DNA of 64,000 bases from the human T2T-CHM13v2.0 reference genome, Homo sapiens: the NCBI RefSeq assembly GCF_009914755.1, contig NC_060925.1. One strand, 5' to 3'. Of the stretch, positions 49,675 through 61,087 are shown piece by piece (position 1 is the first letter of the stretch; each line of letters opens with the position of its first letter). A model generated the notes under the pieces. It had not been told where the DNA came from and did not search any database. It saw only the letters and a program-made list of their open reading frames with translations. A program made the position numbers and the translations under genes.

Positions 49675-52600
49675 GGGCGGGGAGAGGAAAACGTGAAGGG
49701 GGACAGTGGCCACGGCTGCAGAAGAAGTGGCTCAGGCCAGACACCAGGAGGAACTCCTGGGTTTCCAGGGACAGTAGGAGCTTGCCTCCTGGTGGTTTGG
49801 AACCTGCTTGTTCTGCCCTGTGATTGGCATGGACACGTGGGGTGGGACATGGCATCGCTGCTGGGCAGACTGGGGACGGGTTGCTGGTTTTTGCCTCTGA
49901 TAAACCGTGTGACCTCACACAAGGGACTGAGCCTCTCTGAGCCTCCATGGGCAAGAGGGATAGCATGGGGCGCTTTCACAGGGTGGCTGTGGGCATTCAG
50001 AGCAAGCCTGTCTGCAGTGGTCATGCCGTGCCTGGCCTGTGCAGCTGCTCCAGGGTGCCTGTCCCCTCCTCTGTCCCACCCCCAGTGGAGGTGCCCTCTC
50101 TGAATGGAGAATAGTGTGGCAGATGTAACCAGGGCTGCTGGGCAGACACTGTTTGTAGGATGGGCTGTATATTCAGGTCACTCCAGGTGCACCCACTCGC
50201 TGACTGCAGCCCCCATCCCAGGGCTCTCCTGGGCACGTTGTCCCTGGTTCCTGCCTGTCTGGCCTGCAGAGAGCTCCCTGGAGTCACTGCCCTGTGCTGG
50301 CCACTGGGCTCAGGATGCCTGCCTGCTGTGGACAGGGGCTGGCTGCTGCCGGGTGGCCCCAAAGCCCCAGGTTCCAGGAGACCCAGCACACTTGGGGTCT
50401 GCAGCTGGCCAGGGAAGGGCCTAGTCTTAGGAGGGGGCAGTGGTGGGAGTGGCTCTGAGCCCACCCTCCGTGCCTGCGTCCTCTGGGCAGAGGGAGGGGA
50501 GCCAGCAGAACAGTCCTTACAGACTCCACGTGCCGCCGAGGACGGAGCAGATGGGCCAGTGTCCTGGGTCCAGCCCTCCATCTGCACAGCTAATGAGCTG
50601 ATGACGATGGCGTCCCAGTTCCTGGCACCTTCTCCTGGAGAAGCCATGGGCTGGCCCTGCCCGGGCAGTGCCCTTTGCTGGGGCAGGTGTGTGTGGGGTG
50701 CCTGGGGCCCTCTCAGGGACCCAGGCCCAGTGGCTCCACCTTCATTGAGGGTGGGCAGGGGGAGGGGTTGGGGAAGGGGATGAGTAATCCAACGTGCCTG
50801 TTTCTTCCCGGGATTTTGCTCCCAGCACTGCATACGTGGGCTCCCACCGGCTGGACGGACTTCCTGTGTGGGAAAGGCGAGTGGGCGCGGGCCTCCCGTG
50901 TGGGGGCAGGGTGGAGTTGGTGGACACCATCCCCAGGACAGGACGTTTCCTCTGGCTCCTGAGAAGTCACTCACCGTGGTGGCCGCAGGCATGGCTCCAT
51001 GCTAGCTGGGTGAAGACCCCGAGAGGGGGCCTTGGGGCTGACGGTCACTGGAGACAACAGTGAGCCACTCTGGTGGGACTGTGGAACCCCCTCCAGCTCT
51101 GCCCCAGAGAGCAGCACCTGGGTGAGGGCTACAGGAGGCTCTTTCAGCAGGCAGGTCCCAGGCACCATGATGCAGCCCTGACTTGGGGACGGTGGCCACA
51201 CTGTCCTGGGAGTAGGTCCCTTCCACCGCTCAGACCTGGCGACCCAGGAACACACCTCTGAGGGACTTGAGTGGTCTTGATTTCACATTGATCAGGCCCC
51301 TGGCTGCTCCGACTTTCAGGCCCCTGTTGTGGAGGTTTCGGGCGGCCCAGTTCTCAGGGGCAGCCCTGTGCCCTTCCTGGGTCAGCTGGTGTGTGGGTGG
51401 GGGCCGACCCAGGGAGCACCTCACTGGCTCCCAAAAGGCAGGAGTGGGAGACAGGGCAGCCAGCCCAGCCCCAGGGCCAGCTTGAGCAGGGAGGTCCAGA
51501 CAGGGACGGAACGACTATACAAGATCCCAGAAACTTCAGGCAGGGAAGCTCAGAGGGCCAGCTCCATCTCCAGGACACCCTCTCTGTCTGAGACTCTCTG
51601 GCAGAGCATTCGTGGGGCTGCTCCCCGGCCTGGCAGTGGCCCGGGGTGCTCTGGCCGGGAAGAGCAGCCCCGTGCCGGGACGGATGTGGCGGGCTCAGCC
51701 TCCTGTTTCCTCGCCTCCTCCGTGGCTCCATGCCTGCTCTGCCTGGCAGCGGCCCAGCTGCCACCCTCCCTCCCGCGCCTGGCTATGGGCTGGGGGCAGG
51801 GCTGGCTCTGACCACTTGGCCCGAGGACCCTCCCCTTGGAGCTGCAGCCCCCTCCCCTCACTCGGCAGGAGCTCCCTCTCTCCCAGCTGGCAGGCCAGGC
51901 TCCATCTGGTGACTTTTCAGGAAAGGCTCCCCCACCGTGGCTGCCACGAGCCTGGCTCCCTCTGCAGCTCCTCTGGGGTGTCCTGGACGGTGGCTGGGGG
52001 CAAGGCCGTGCACCTGCCTTCAGAGAGCCCCAGGCCAGGTGGGTGCGATGCCCCTGCTGGCCATGCCCTGCTCAGTGAGGGCAGAGAGGCAGCCAGGGCC
52101 TCAGAGAAACCAGTGACTTGTGGCAGGGACAGGAGCCTCCAGGGACACACAATGGGGGGGGCACTCGCGATGGGGGGAGGAAGCTGTGAAATGGGCTATT
52201 AATAGGGTCCCCTTCCTGATGGGGCTGTCAAGTGCGATTAATACCGCTGCTGTGAGCTGGGCTGCCACCAGCTGGGGATGGCTGGGGACGGCGAGGGGGC
52301 AGGAAGGGGAGCCCACTCTGGGAGGGACCCTTACTGAGATGGGGACCTGGCCCTGGCTGTCCCGAAGAGGCCAGAGAAAGGCCAGATGTTGGGGCCCCCT
52401 TGGCCATAGCGGGCCAGCTGGAGAGTGTGGAGGCCTGGGCTGGGCAGGCGCCCACCTGCACAAGAAGGGCTGCACTGGGGGAAGGTACGGGTCACCTGGC
52501 CTCAGAGGCCATCCTGTCCACTTGCCACTGCCGGCTGCTTGGAGGGTCCAGTGGCCTCAAGTTCCTGCACCTTTCTGTGCAACTGGGACTGCTTTGGACA

Positions 52601-52723
52601 CCTGTGACCATCACAAGTCCTCCTGTCCATCCCTCCACACCGGGTGGCCGGATGACAGAAGAAAGGTGTCTGCTGGCCCTCCCTCTGGGCCCTGTGGGAG
52701 CTGGATCCTTCTAGCAGCAGCTG

Positions 52724-52739
52724 GGCCACCAGGGGAGCA
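52724..52739 (+). promoter_or_regulatory. CTCF-like motif
   Basis: GGCCACCAGGGGAGCA is close to the CCACCAGGGGGCGC core; motif match only. Confidence 0.4.
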
Positions 52740-53620
52740 TGAGCCTGGCTGCTGTCCTCCCCCTGCTCTGGGGCCGGTGGAAGGTGGAGGGCAGGTCAGG
52801 TGGCGCGGCCGATGGAGTATGGCTGGCCATCGAGAACCTGTCCCCACGCTCTAGGACACTGGCCGTTCCAGCTCCCCCAGGGCTCTGTGCACACGGACCA
52901 GGAGCCACCCAAGGGGGCAGAACAAAGTCAGGCCCCAGGGCCCCCTCCGGCCTGCTCCCCTGCCGAGCTGGGTACTGCCATGGGGTCAGGCCCTTCCCTC
53001 CACAACGCCCCCACCTCCTGCTGAGAGCTGGAGTGGCTGCCACACGGAGGGCGCTGCCAGAGGAGAGGGCAGAGCGTCTGTCCCTGCGGTGCCCTCCAGG
53101 TGTGCCTAGGGTGGCCCCAGCCCCACAGGCCCCGGGCACTTGCCCTTGGTTCCCCTGCCCTTGCTGGGACCCCTCAGGCCCAGCCTGACTCTGGGATCCC
53201 TGGGCTCCTAGCACGACCACTCTGGGGTCCTGCCTGTGGGGAGGGCTCGAGGCACCGACTCACACTCCTGATAAAATAAAAATAGTTGGGGAGGAGGCTC
53301 CCAGACGTGCGGGGGGACAAGTGGCTTCTCTCAGACGTTTAAATAATCTCCGCCATATGTGTGTGGGCCCGGCCCTCCCTCCCGTGCGGCGCCAGTCCAG
53401 GGGCCCGGCTGATCTCCAGTGAGCACTGTGGCTGGGGCAAGGTGGCCACTTCCTCCTCCCTCCCGTCCACCCAAGCACAGCCTCAGCCCCTCCTGCATGC
53501 TGGGCCGGCCCTTGGGGGCAGCACGGGAGGGGGATGCTGGGGCTGCGAGGGGCAGGGGGGCGCGGAAGAGCCAGGGCCAGGAAGGGCTGCAGGAGCATCT
53601 GGCCCTCATGCCTCACTGCT

Positions 53621-53782
53621 GCTGAGGTCCTTTGCTCTCCTAGCCCTGGGATGCGGCTGCCTCAGGGACTCTTGGTGGCCCTGGAGGGTGGGTAGGCTGG
53701 CCTGGGGGCCATTGGGACAGCAGGTGACGGTCAGGCCAATGCCAGCCGGGCCCAGGCACAGCCCTGTGGGGGCTTCAGAGGG
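53621..53782 (+). repeat. Dispersed direct repeat, copy A (partner 57393-57555)
   Basis: Hand alignment gives 13 differences over 163 columns (~92% identity). Confidence 0.93.
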
Positions 53783-56700
53783 AGACACGGGTGGGCCCAG
53801 GGAGGTCCTTTGAAATGTCCTGCTGAAAGGCAGCAAGCGTCGGGAGAGGAGGGGGCTTAGAGGCAGCCAGGGCCACCTCTGGACAGGCCTGGAAGAGGTG
53901 GGGCCCCTGCCCGTCCCGTACACGCTTGTGAAGGGAAGAGGTTGGTGGAGGGGCATGTGCAGTCCCCATGCCCCTGTCGTGGGAGGGGCTGCGGTACCCA
54001 AAGCTGCCCCGGGTGTGTGTGTACATGCCGGGAGGCCTGTGGGTGTGATTTGTGGGTTTTGTTGGAAGATTCAATTATTTTCCAGCCTTCCCCAGGGGAG
54101 AGGCGGAGATGCTGAGCCACCGCTGGCCCCTTGTTGATGACAGCCGCGAGGCCCATGCTGCCTGCTGTGTTAGGACAAGATCGATCTCCGCCATAAAAAC
54201 AAAATTAAGCCAACACCGCCCTGGCTTCTGACAGCGCGCGCTCTTCCTCTAATCAGCTGCCACCCGCCCGGTTCCAGCCTTGGGAAGAAAGGAAGGGGCT
54301 GCAGGAGCAAACCTCTCACAGTGGGGAAACTGAGGCACTGAGACAGGGAGGACAACCCAAGGTCGGGGGGCAGGCCCAGGACCCCTGCTTCCCAGCAGCC
54401 ACCAGGGCCAGGCAGTCAGGGTGGGCCGGTGCAGCCCAGGTGCGGGGGCTGAGCCCAGGGGATCACGGGCGCATTCCTCTGCGTGTCACCGTGGGGCCCG
54501 CAGAGCCCTCCCATGCACTCTCCCCAACTGGGGTGCAGCCCCGTCTGCCCGTCTGTCCACCCATCCGCCCATCTGGGTGCATCTGTGTGGGAGGCTTCTC
54601 CAGGCCCAGGGCTGAAGCCGGCCAGACCCTTGAGAGCTGGACCCTGGACACCAGTGTGGACACTGGCTCCCGTCACCTCCTCAGAGCAGGCCTGGTGGCC
54701 TTAGCTGCCTCTGTCCTGCCCGTCCCTCCCTGTCCACCTGTGTCCAGCCAGCGCCTGCTACGTGTTGGATCATGGCCTCACAGGGACAGAGCAGGGAGGA
54801 GGACTTCGAGGTCCCTGCCCCAGGGATGTCCCGGGGTCAGGCAGTGCTCTGAGGACTGGGGAGCCCCACTGTGCTGTGCAGGGACCTGGGGGAGCAGCAG
54901 GTGAGCCAGGGCCCTCCTCTCCCCGACGGAGCCTATATCTGCCCGACCAGGACTGCCGGCCCTTCCCAGTCTGGCCTCTGGTGTGGGCCCACAGCCAGGT
55001 GCATTGCTACAATCCCACCTGAGCTCCCACATCAGGTGTCCTGGCTCAGGCTCACGGGAGGGGCCGAGGCGGCCTGGGGGTGGGTGTGGACCATGGCTGA
55101 GGGCTGGGCCCCTGTGTGGAACCACAGAGCAGAGCGTGGCTTCTTCGGCCTCCCTGTGGGCTTTCAGGATGGCCGGGCCCTGGCTCAGGGCAGGCAGGGT
55201 GAGCATGAGGGCCCGTCAGTGCAGGCTGTGGGGCTGGGCTCGCCTGCCGGCATGGGGGTGGGGCAGCCCCCTCCGTGACCTTGTGTGGGGGCTGGGCTGG
55301 GCCCTGGGCCGGCTCACAGGCAGCACGTGGGGAGGGGTTCTTAAGTCTCTGGGCCTGGGCCCCTGCCACGTCTCTTGGCCCGGGGCACCCCCGGCTTCAC
55401 GCTGCAGCTGCGGTTCTGTGTCTGCCTGAGTTTTGGAGGGGAGTGGGCGGTCCCTTTGGACCTCAGGGCAGGCAGGGCAGCCCCCGGCAGAGGCCTGTGT
55501 CAGGAAGGATTAGCCAGGCCTCCACCCGCCTGGACAGTTGAGGATTCCAGCTCTGCTGCTGAGGAGGTCAGGGGGCCTGGGGTGCAGGAGCCTGGGACCC
55601 ACGTTGTGGGGCTGGGGCCAGGCACTCTATGTGTGGCTCCTCTCAGAACCCCTGCCCAGGCAGATGGCGGCCTCCAAGCCCTAACCCCAGCTGATGGGGG
55701 ATCAGCTAGTGGCTGAGAGCTCAAGGGAGGGAGGGAGGGAGCAGAGGCCCAGCCTTGGGGAGCTTCAAGGAGGGATGGGTGAGAGACGGGAGCACCCCCA
55801 GCTGGGGCCAGGCCCAGGGTGAGGGAACAGCAGGTGTGTCCCAGGCCAGGAGGCCTCTGAGGTGCAGGAAGGAGAACTGGACCCCCTGGGTCAGAGTGGA
55901 AGCCCGCAGCAGCCCAGTATGAGGTGGGCAGGGGCCCTGGGCCAGGGCTATGGCCGTCTGGTCTGTCTCCAGGCCCTCAGGCCACCTCCTGGCCCCTGCG
56001 CTGCCCCTTACACGGTGGCCTTCCCCGAGGCCCTGTCTTCCTGAGGACGCCCGGGACTCCAGCCCCTCTCCTCTCCCTGCAGCTCATGGCTCCCTAATCT
56101 AATTCCACGGCAGAGCCCAGAAACGCCTGCTGACCTGCTTCCGCCGAGAGCAGCAGAGCCTGTGACGGGGCCCCTGGTGGGGGCCTGGGTTGGCTCTGTG
56201 CTGACTGCATCTGATCTGGCTGGGTGTGGCCCTGGTTGTCAGTGGTCAGCTGGAGACGCATGGCCATCTCCTCAGGGACTGCCACCTCCCACGCCTGACC
56301 TTGGCCCCGGGGCTCTGCCAGGATGCCCAGCCCTGGCACCTCCCTGTCCTGGGCTCTGCAGGCCAAACTCCTCCCCTGGTATGGGGGGAGGCGAGCAGCT
56401 GCCCGGAACCTTCCAGTCCTTGTTGCTGGAGCCAGTAGAGCCTGGGCAGTGGGTGGGAAGAAGGGCGGGGTTCTCCCCAGTGTGGTCACGAAGCATGGGC
56501 ATGGCCAGGACACAGGTGGCTGGTGTTCAGCCGGGGTCTGCCCACCTCCCATTCCCATAGCTGCCCCTGGTGTCCCGGCCTGGACTTGGGGATGGGAGAG
56601 CCTGTGCTGTCCTGTAGTGCGGGGCCAGTACACAGGGTGGGCTGTGTGGTCCTGGTGGCAGTGGGACCTGGAGTCCTTTCCTCAGTGGGAGCTGAGACGG

Positions 56701-57392
56701 TGGGGTGGGTCCTCCTTGGGCGAGGCCCCTGTCCAGGTCAGATGGCTGTCATCCCTGCAGGGCAGAATGTGGGGACAAACGTGCCCTGGGCATGGGGCCA
56801 CCTCCTCCGCCACAGCTCGGTGACCGTGGAGAAAGGTCAGGCTGGGGCTGCAGCTGCATGAGGGAGACATGGAGAGCCCAACCCAGGCTCAGGGACCCAC
56901 ATCCTGGGCCTGGGCTGGGAGTTGTCGCTGTAAGGGATCCGGCTCGGCTCCCCTCTCCAGCCACAGGGGCTGGGCGCTGCGGGGATGAGGTGAGCTTCTG
57001 CCCCTGCTCTGGGCCACCTGCCTCTGGACTTTGGGGATCCACTCAGAGGTCCTCATAAGTAGGGATGCGGGGTGAGGGCAGGGACCACTCCAGGCCCAGC
57101 CTCGGCATCTGTGGTGGGCGCACAGCGGGGAGGCCCACCCCACACAGGGTCCTCGGAGGACAGTACCCTGCAGGCCTTCCGGTTGCGTTCTCTGGGTCCC
57201 AGGAGGGCCCTCCCGTTGGTCCTGCTCTTGTCCCGCAGCCCTGACCTGGGTCTGGTGGCCTGGGGCCTTGGGAAACTCTGTTGCCTCCCCAGTGCCCTCC
57301 CATCCCCAGCTGGGAGTTCCCTCGGCCTAAATCCTCCACCAGCTGGGCTGGAGCTGGGATTAGCACAGGGATTGGGCCTGGGGCTGGGCGGG

Positions 57393-57555
57393 GCTGAGGT
57401 CCTTTGCTCCCCCAGCCTTGGGAGGCGGCTGCGTCAGGGATTCCTTGGTGGCCCTGGAGGGTGGATAGGCTGGCCTGGGGGCCATCAGGACAGCAGGTGA
57501 CGGTCAGGCCAATGCCAGCCGGGCCTGGGCACAGCCCTGTGGGGGCTTCGGAGGG
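57393..57555 (+). repeat. Dispersed direct repeat, copy B (5' leader of the canonical exon 1)
   Basis: Partner of 53621-53782; lies 144-306 nt upstream of ATG 57699. Confidence 0.93.
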
Positions 57556-57698
57556 CCCTGAGGAGGAGGAGGAAGAGGCAGAGGAGAGAAGGCCCCACGG
57601 AGGTCCTGTCGCCAGCGCTGCCACTGCCTGACCTCCGCTGCCCGAAGGCCGGTGGGCCTCTGTGGCCTCCGTGAAGCAGGCCCGGCTGTCGTCAGGCC

Positions 57699-57822
57699 AT
57701 GTCTGGTCCATGGCCCTCCCCCGACAGCCGGACCAAGGGAACGGTGGCCTGGCTGGCGGAGGTACTCCTCTGGGTTGGAGGGAGTGTGGTGCTGTCTTCA
57801 GAGTGGCAGCTCGGCCCCCTGG
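57699..57822 (+). CDS. PLCH2: PLCH2 canonical first coding exon (MSGPWPSPDSRTKGTVAWLAEVLLWVGGSVVLSSEWQLGPL, phase-1 end)
   Basis: ATG at 57699 in GCC-ATG context with an in-frame TGA 27 nt upstream. 124 coding nt, then donor G|GTAAGA. The translation matches the N-terminus I recognise for human PLC-eta2 and joins exon 59586 as G+TG=Val. Confidence 0.95.
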
Positions 57823-59451
57823 GTAAGAAGGGGCAGGCGAGTGGCCTGGGCTGAGTGCTGGCCCTGGCCAGGTGACTGGTGGGTGGGGGCTGTTCCTGGA
57901 GGTGGGGGAAGCCTGGGCCTCCATCCCATCCTGCACTCGCCTCCCCTGTCCCCCGGGTGCTCTAGGGATCATGTGGGTCCAGCAGCGTCGGCTGGCCCTG
58001 CCCCTCAGCCGCTCAGAGGCGTGCTCAGCACACCTCGGTCTCCCAGGCACCTGCAGGGCCTGGGGGCTGAACCCAAGGGGGCGAGGGGGGATCTCAGGTG
58101 GCTCCAATGCTCTCATTGAAGGGGTGCCTTGTGCTCTGGGGGTCAGTGGTGCTTGCAGCCCAGGCGGCTGGGCTGGCATCCTGGTGCCGGACATGAGGGC
58201 CTTTGCCGTTAGGAGACTCTGCAGAGGAGACTGGCTGGGTATGGCTGGGAGGGTGGAGTGTGTGTCTTGTGGTGGCCTGTGGAGGGCCCCGGTCCGGGCT
58301 GGCCTGCCAGCTCTCTGTTCCAGCGGCAGACAGGGTCCTGTCCAGGCTGCCCTGTTGCAGGCCTCTGCCCGCCCCCTGCCCCTGTGTCCTGCCTCACCCC
58401 TCTCCTAAATCCCTGCAGCCATACCTGCGTCTTCACCTCCCATGTGCCCCGGAGAGCCCAGCCCCCCATGCCATGGCTTCCATCCCTTCAATTCCCCTCT
58501 GCTCGTGATCACGTAGTAGCTTCCCCAAGAAGGCCCGGCCAGTACTGCCCTTGGTCCTCTACAACGCCCCCGCCAGGGTCCCTCAGCGTGCAGACCTGGG
58601 GTGGGGATTAACGTCTCTGTGCTTTAGCAGATGGTACCTCTGGGACCCGGGCTTTCTGTGAGCAGGTGTGCAGGAACCGAGGGGGTGAGACCAGTCTGTT
58701 CCTGGGCTGGGACAGCTGACTCTGGCCTGGACTCCCTGGACCCTGCAGCCCCCTCTCCTGGGACAAGCTACAGCAGGAGGCTGAATGGAGAGAGGAGGGG
58801 AGAGAAGGAGCGAGGCAGGCAGCCTGGGGGAGGGGAGGGGAGGGGTTGTGAAGCTCGGATCCGGCACCACAGCCTCCCAAGTCCATACTGCAGTGCAGGG
58901 CGTGCGACGCAGACATTCATGGCACCATTCGTGGCGCTTGTTGCACATGAGGGGTGGGGGCTTTCCTGGAGATGCCCCAGGCAGGGGCACAGGCACTCAG
59001 GAATTCGACCGCTCCCAGGAGCCACCTGTGGCCAGGGGCGGGGGCAGGGGCATAGGGTTGCTGCCTGCTAGGCCCACCCCGCCCCTGACAAGGGGCCTCC
59101 ACTGCACTATGGCCCCAGACAGCCAGCCCAGCCACCTCATCTGTCTTGCCTCGTGCCCGGCCTTCCCATTGTTGAGTTCTGTGCTGGCTCCGTCTGAGTG
59201 GTAGCTCTCGGGGCCCCAGGCCCAGCGCCGGTTACCAGGGCTGCTAGGACTGGTCCAGGAGGTGGTGGGAGTGGCAGGTGGCCGAGCAGGGTGGGGAGCA
59301 GGGCCCTCAGTTCCCAGGACCATCTGGGGAGGAGTGGCAGGGCCCAGCTGAGCTGTGTGACCCAGGCAAGCCGGCACCTGGGGTGGAGGTGGCCCTGGGC
59401 TCTGGCCTTTGCCCTGTCACTGGCAGGGCGGTGTGGGCGGGGCCGGGCGAG

Positions 59452-59577
59452 GTGAGGAGTGGCCGTGCCTCCGCTGACGGCCGTGTTTCTCCCGTGAGGA
59501 GTGGCCGTGCCTCCGCTGACGGCCGTGTCTCTCCTGCGAGGAGTGGCTGTGCCTCCGCTGACAGCCGTGTCTCTCCC
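59452..59577 (+). repeat. 3 x 42-bp tandem repeat abutting the exon 2 acceptor
   Basis: Units start at 59452, 59494 and 59536: GTGAGGAGTGGCCGTGCCTCCGCTGACGGCCGTGT(T/C)TCTCCC. Confidence 0.95.
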
Positions 59578-59585
59578 GTGTCCAG

Positions 59586-59732
59586 TGGAGCGGTGCATGG
59601 GTGCCATGCAAGAGGGGATGCAGATGGTGAAGCTGCGTGGCGGCTCCAAGGGCCTGGTCCGCTTCTACTACCTGGACGAGCACCGCTCCTGCATCCGCTG
59701 GAGGCCCTCACGCAAGAACGAGAAGGCCAAGA
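59586..59732 (+). CDS. PLCH2: PLCH2 shared coding exon 2, start of PH domain (VERCMGAMQEGMQMVKLRGGSKGLVRFYYLDEHRSCIRWRPSRKNEKAK)
   Basis: Acceptor TCCAG|TG and donor A|GTGAGT; 147 nt, phase 1-1; PLC-type PH domain sequence. Confidence 0.97.
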
Positions 59733-60843
59733 GTGAGTGGGAGCCCTGGGGTGGGGACAAATCAGAGTCCCTGGGGGGACACGACGGTAGGGACCCTCCC
59801 AGGGCAGCCACTGATGGCTGAGGAGCAGCGAGACCCTAGGCCTGGACACCTCTGGGCTCAGTGGCCTTGGGGATCTGCAGTGACCTCGGGCTGTGGGGTA
59901 GGAGGGATCCAGGCCCCCTGCCCGCCTGGCAGAGCTCCCTGGGACTCAGTGAGGACCGAGTAGCACTGTGCCCAGCCCTGTGCTGAGTGCTGGGCTGGAA
60001 GGAGGGGCACAGCATAGTCCATCTAGCTGGGGAGGTCACAGCTCCCCATAAACAGAAACGACCCCCACAGAGGTATGCTGATGGATGGGTATGGGTGCAA
60101 ACAGTGGCTCAGGCAGCCACTGGGCATGGCTGCTGGAGGGAGCAGGGGCCACCCGAGATGGAGGCTCTGTGCAGGGGGTGGGTGGGGAGAGTTGAGGCAC
60201 ACAGGGAACGGGTAGGGTCCCACGGTTTGGGGAGAGACATGGCAGTCCTCAAGGGCTGGGATCAGGGCGCAGCCAGGGTTTCTGATGGCTTTGCTGATGG
60301 TCAGGACCCAGGCATGCCAGGCAAGGCCTCAGCCCAGCAGTTGCCAAGCGTGTAGCCACTTTGGGCCCGTGGAGAGAGTCGCGCTGCGGAGCCCCCAGGG
60401 GGACCTGAGGTCACAAGAGCCTCGATGCACCTGAGCGCGGAGCTGGGGGTCCCTGGAGCCGCTGTCCCCACCTGCGGCGCTGGAGCCCTGGAGGTGTCCA
60501 GGGGCTTCCTTGGAACGTGGAGACGTGCTGGTTAAACGTGGAGCCCCGGGCCAGCCGGGCACTGGGGGCTGCAGGTGGAGGGAGGTGGATGCTCTCCCTC
60601 GTGGGGGCGTGTCTTTTCCACAGGAAAGGGAAAGGGGGAGGGACACGGGTCAGCAGTGGGGGGCTGTGCAGTCTCGCAGATCTTCACCCTTGGTTCTTGA
60701 ACTCTGGACCCTGAGCCCTGCCGAGGGTCCCGCAAAGGTGGGCAAGGAGCTCCCGGCTGCTTGGTCTCCGCAGTGTTGGGGCTGCCAGCAGGGGGACGCT
60801 GGGCCCCCGGGGACCTGACCCGTGCTCCCTCCCCACCCCGCAG

Positions 60844-61087
60844 TCTCCATCGACTCCATCCAGGAGGTGAGTGAGGGGCGGCAGTCGGAGGTCTTCCAGC
60901 GCTACCCTGACGGCAACTTCGACCCCAACTGCTGCTTCAGCATCTACCACGGCAGCCACCGCGAGTCGCTGGACCTGGTCTCCACCAGCAGCGAGGTGGC
61001 GCGCACCTGGGTCACTGGCCTGCGCTACCTCATGGCCGGCATCAGCGACGAGGACAGCCTGGCTCGCCGCCAGCGCACCAGGGACCA
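60844..61087 (+). CDS. PLCH2: PLCH2 coding exon 3, rest of PH domain (ISIDSIQEVSEGRQSEVFQRYPD...ARRQRTRDQ)
   Basis: Acceptor CCCGCAG|TC preceded by a CTGAC branch-like motif; 244 nt; ends GAC CA| followed by the U12-type donor ATATCCTTG. Confidence 0.96.
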
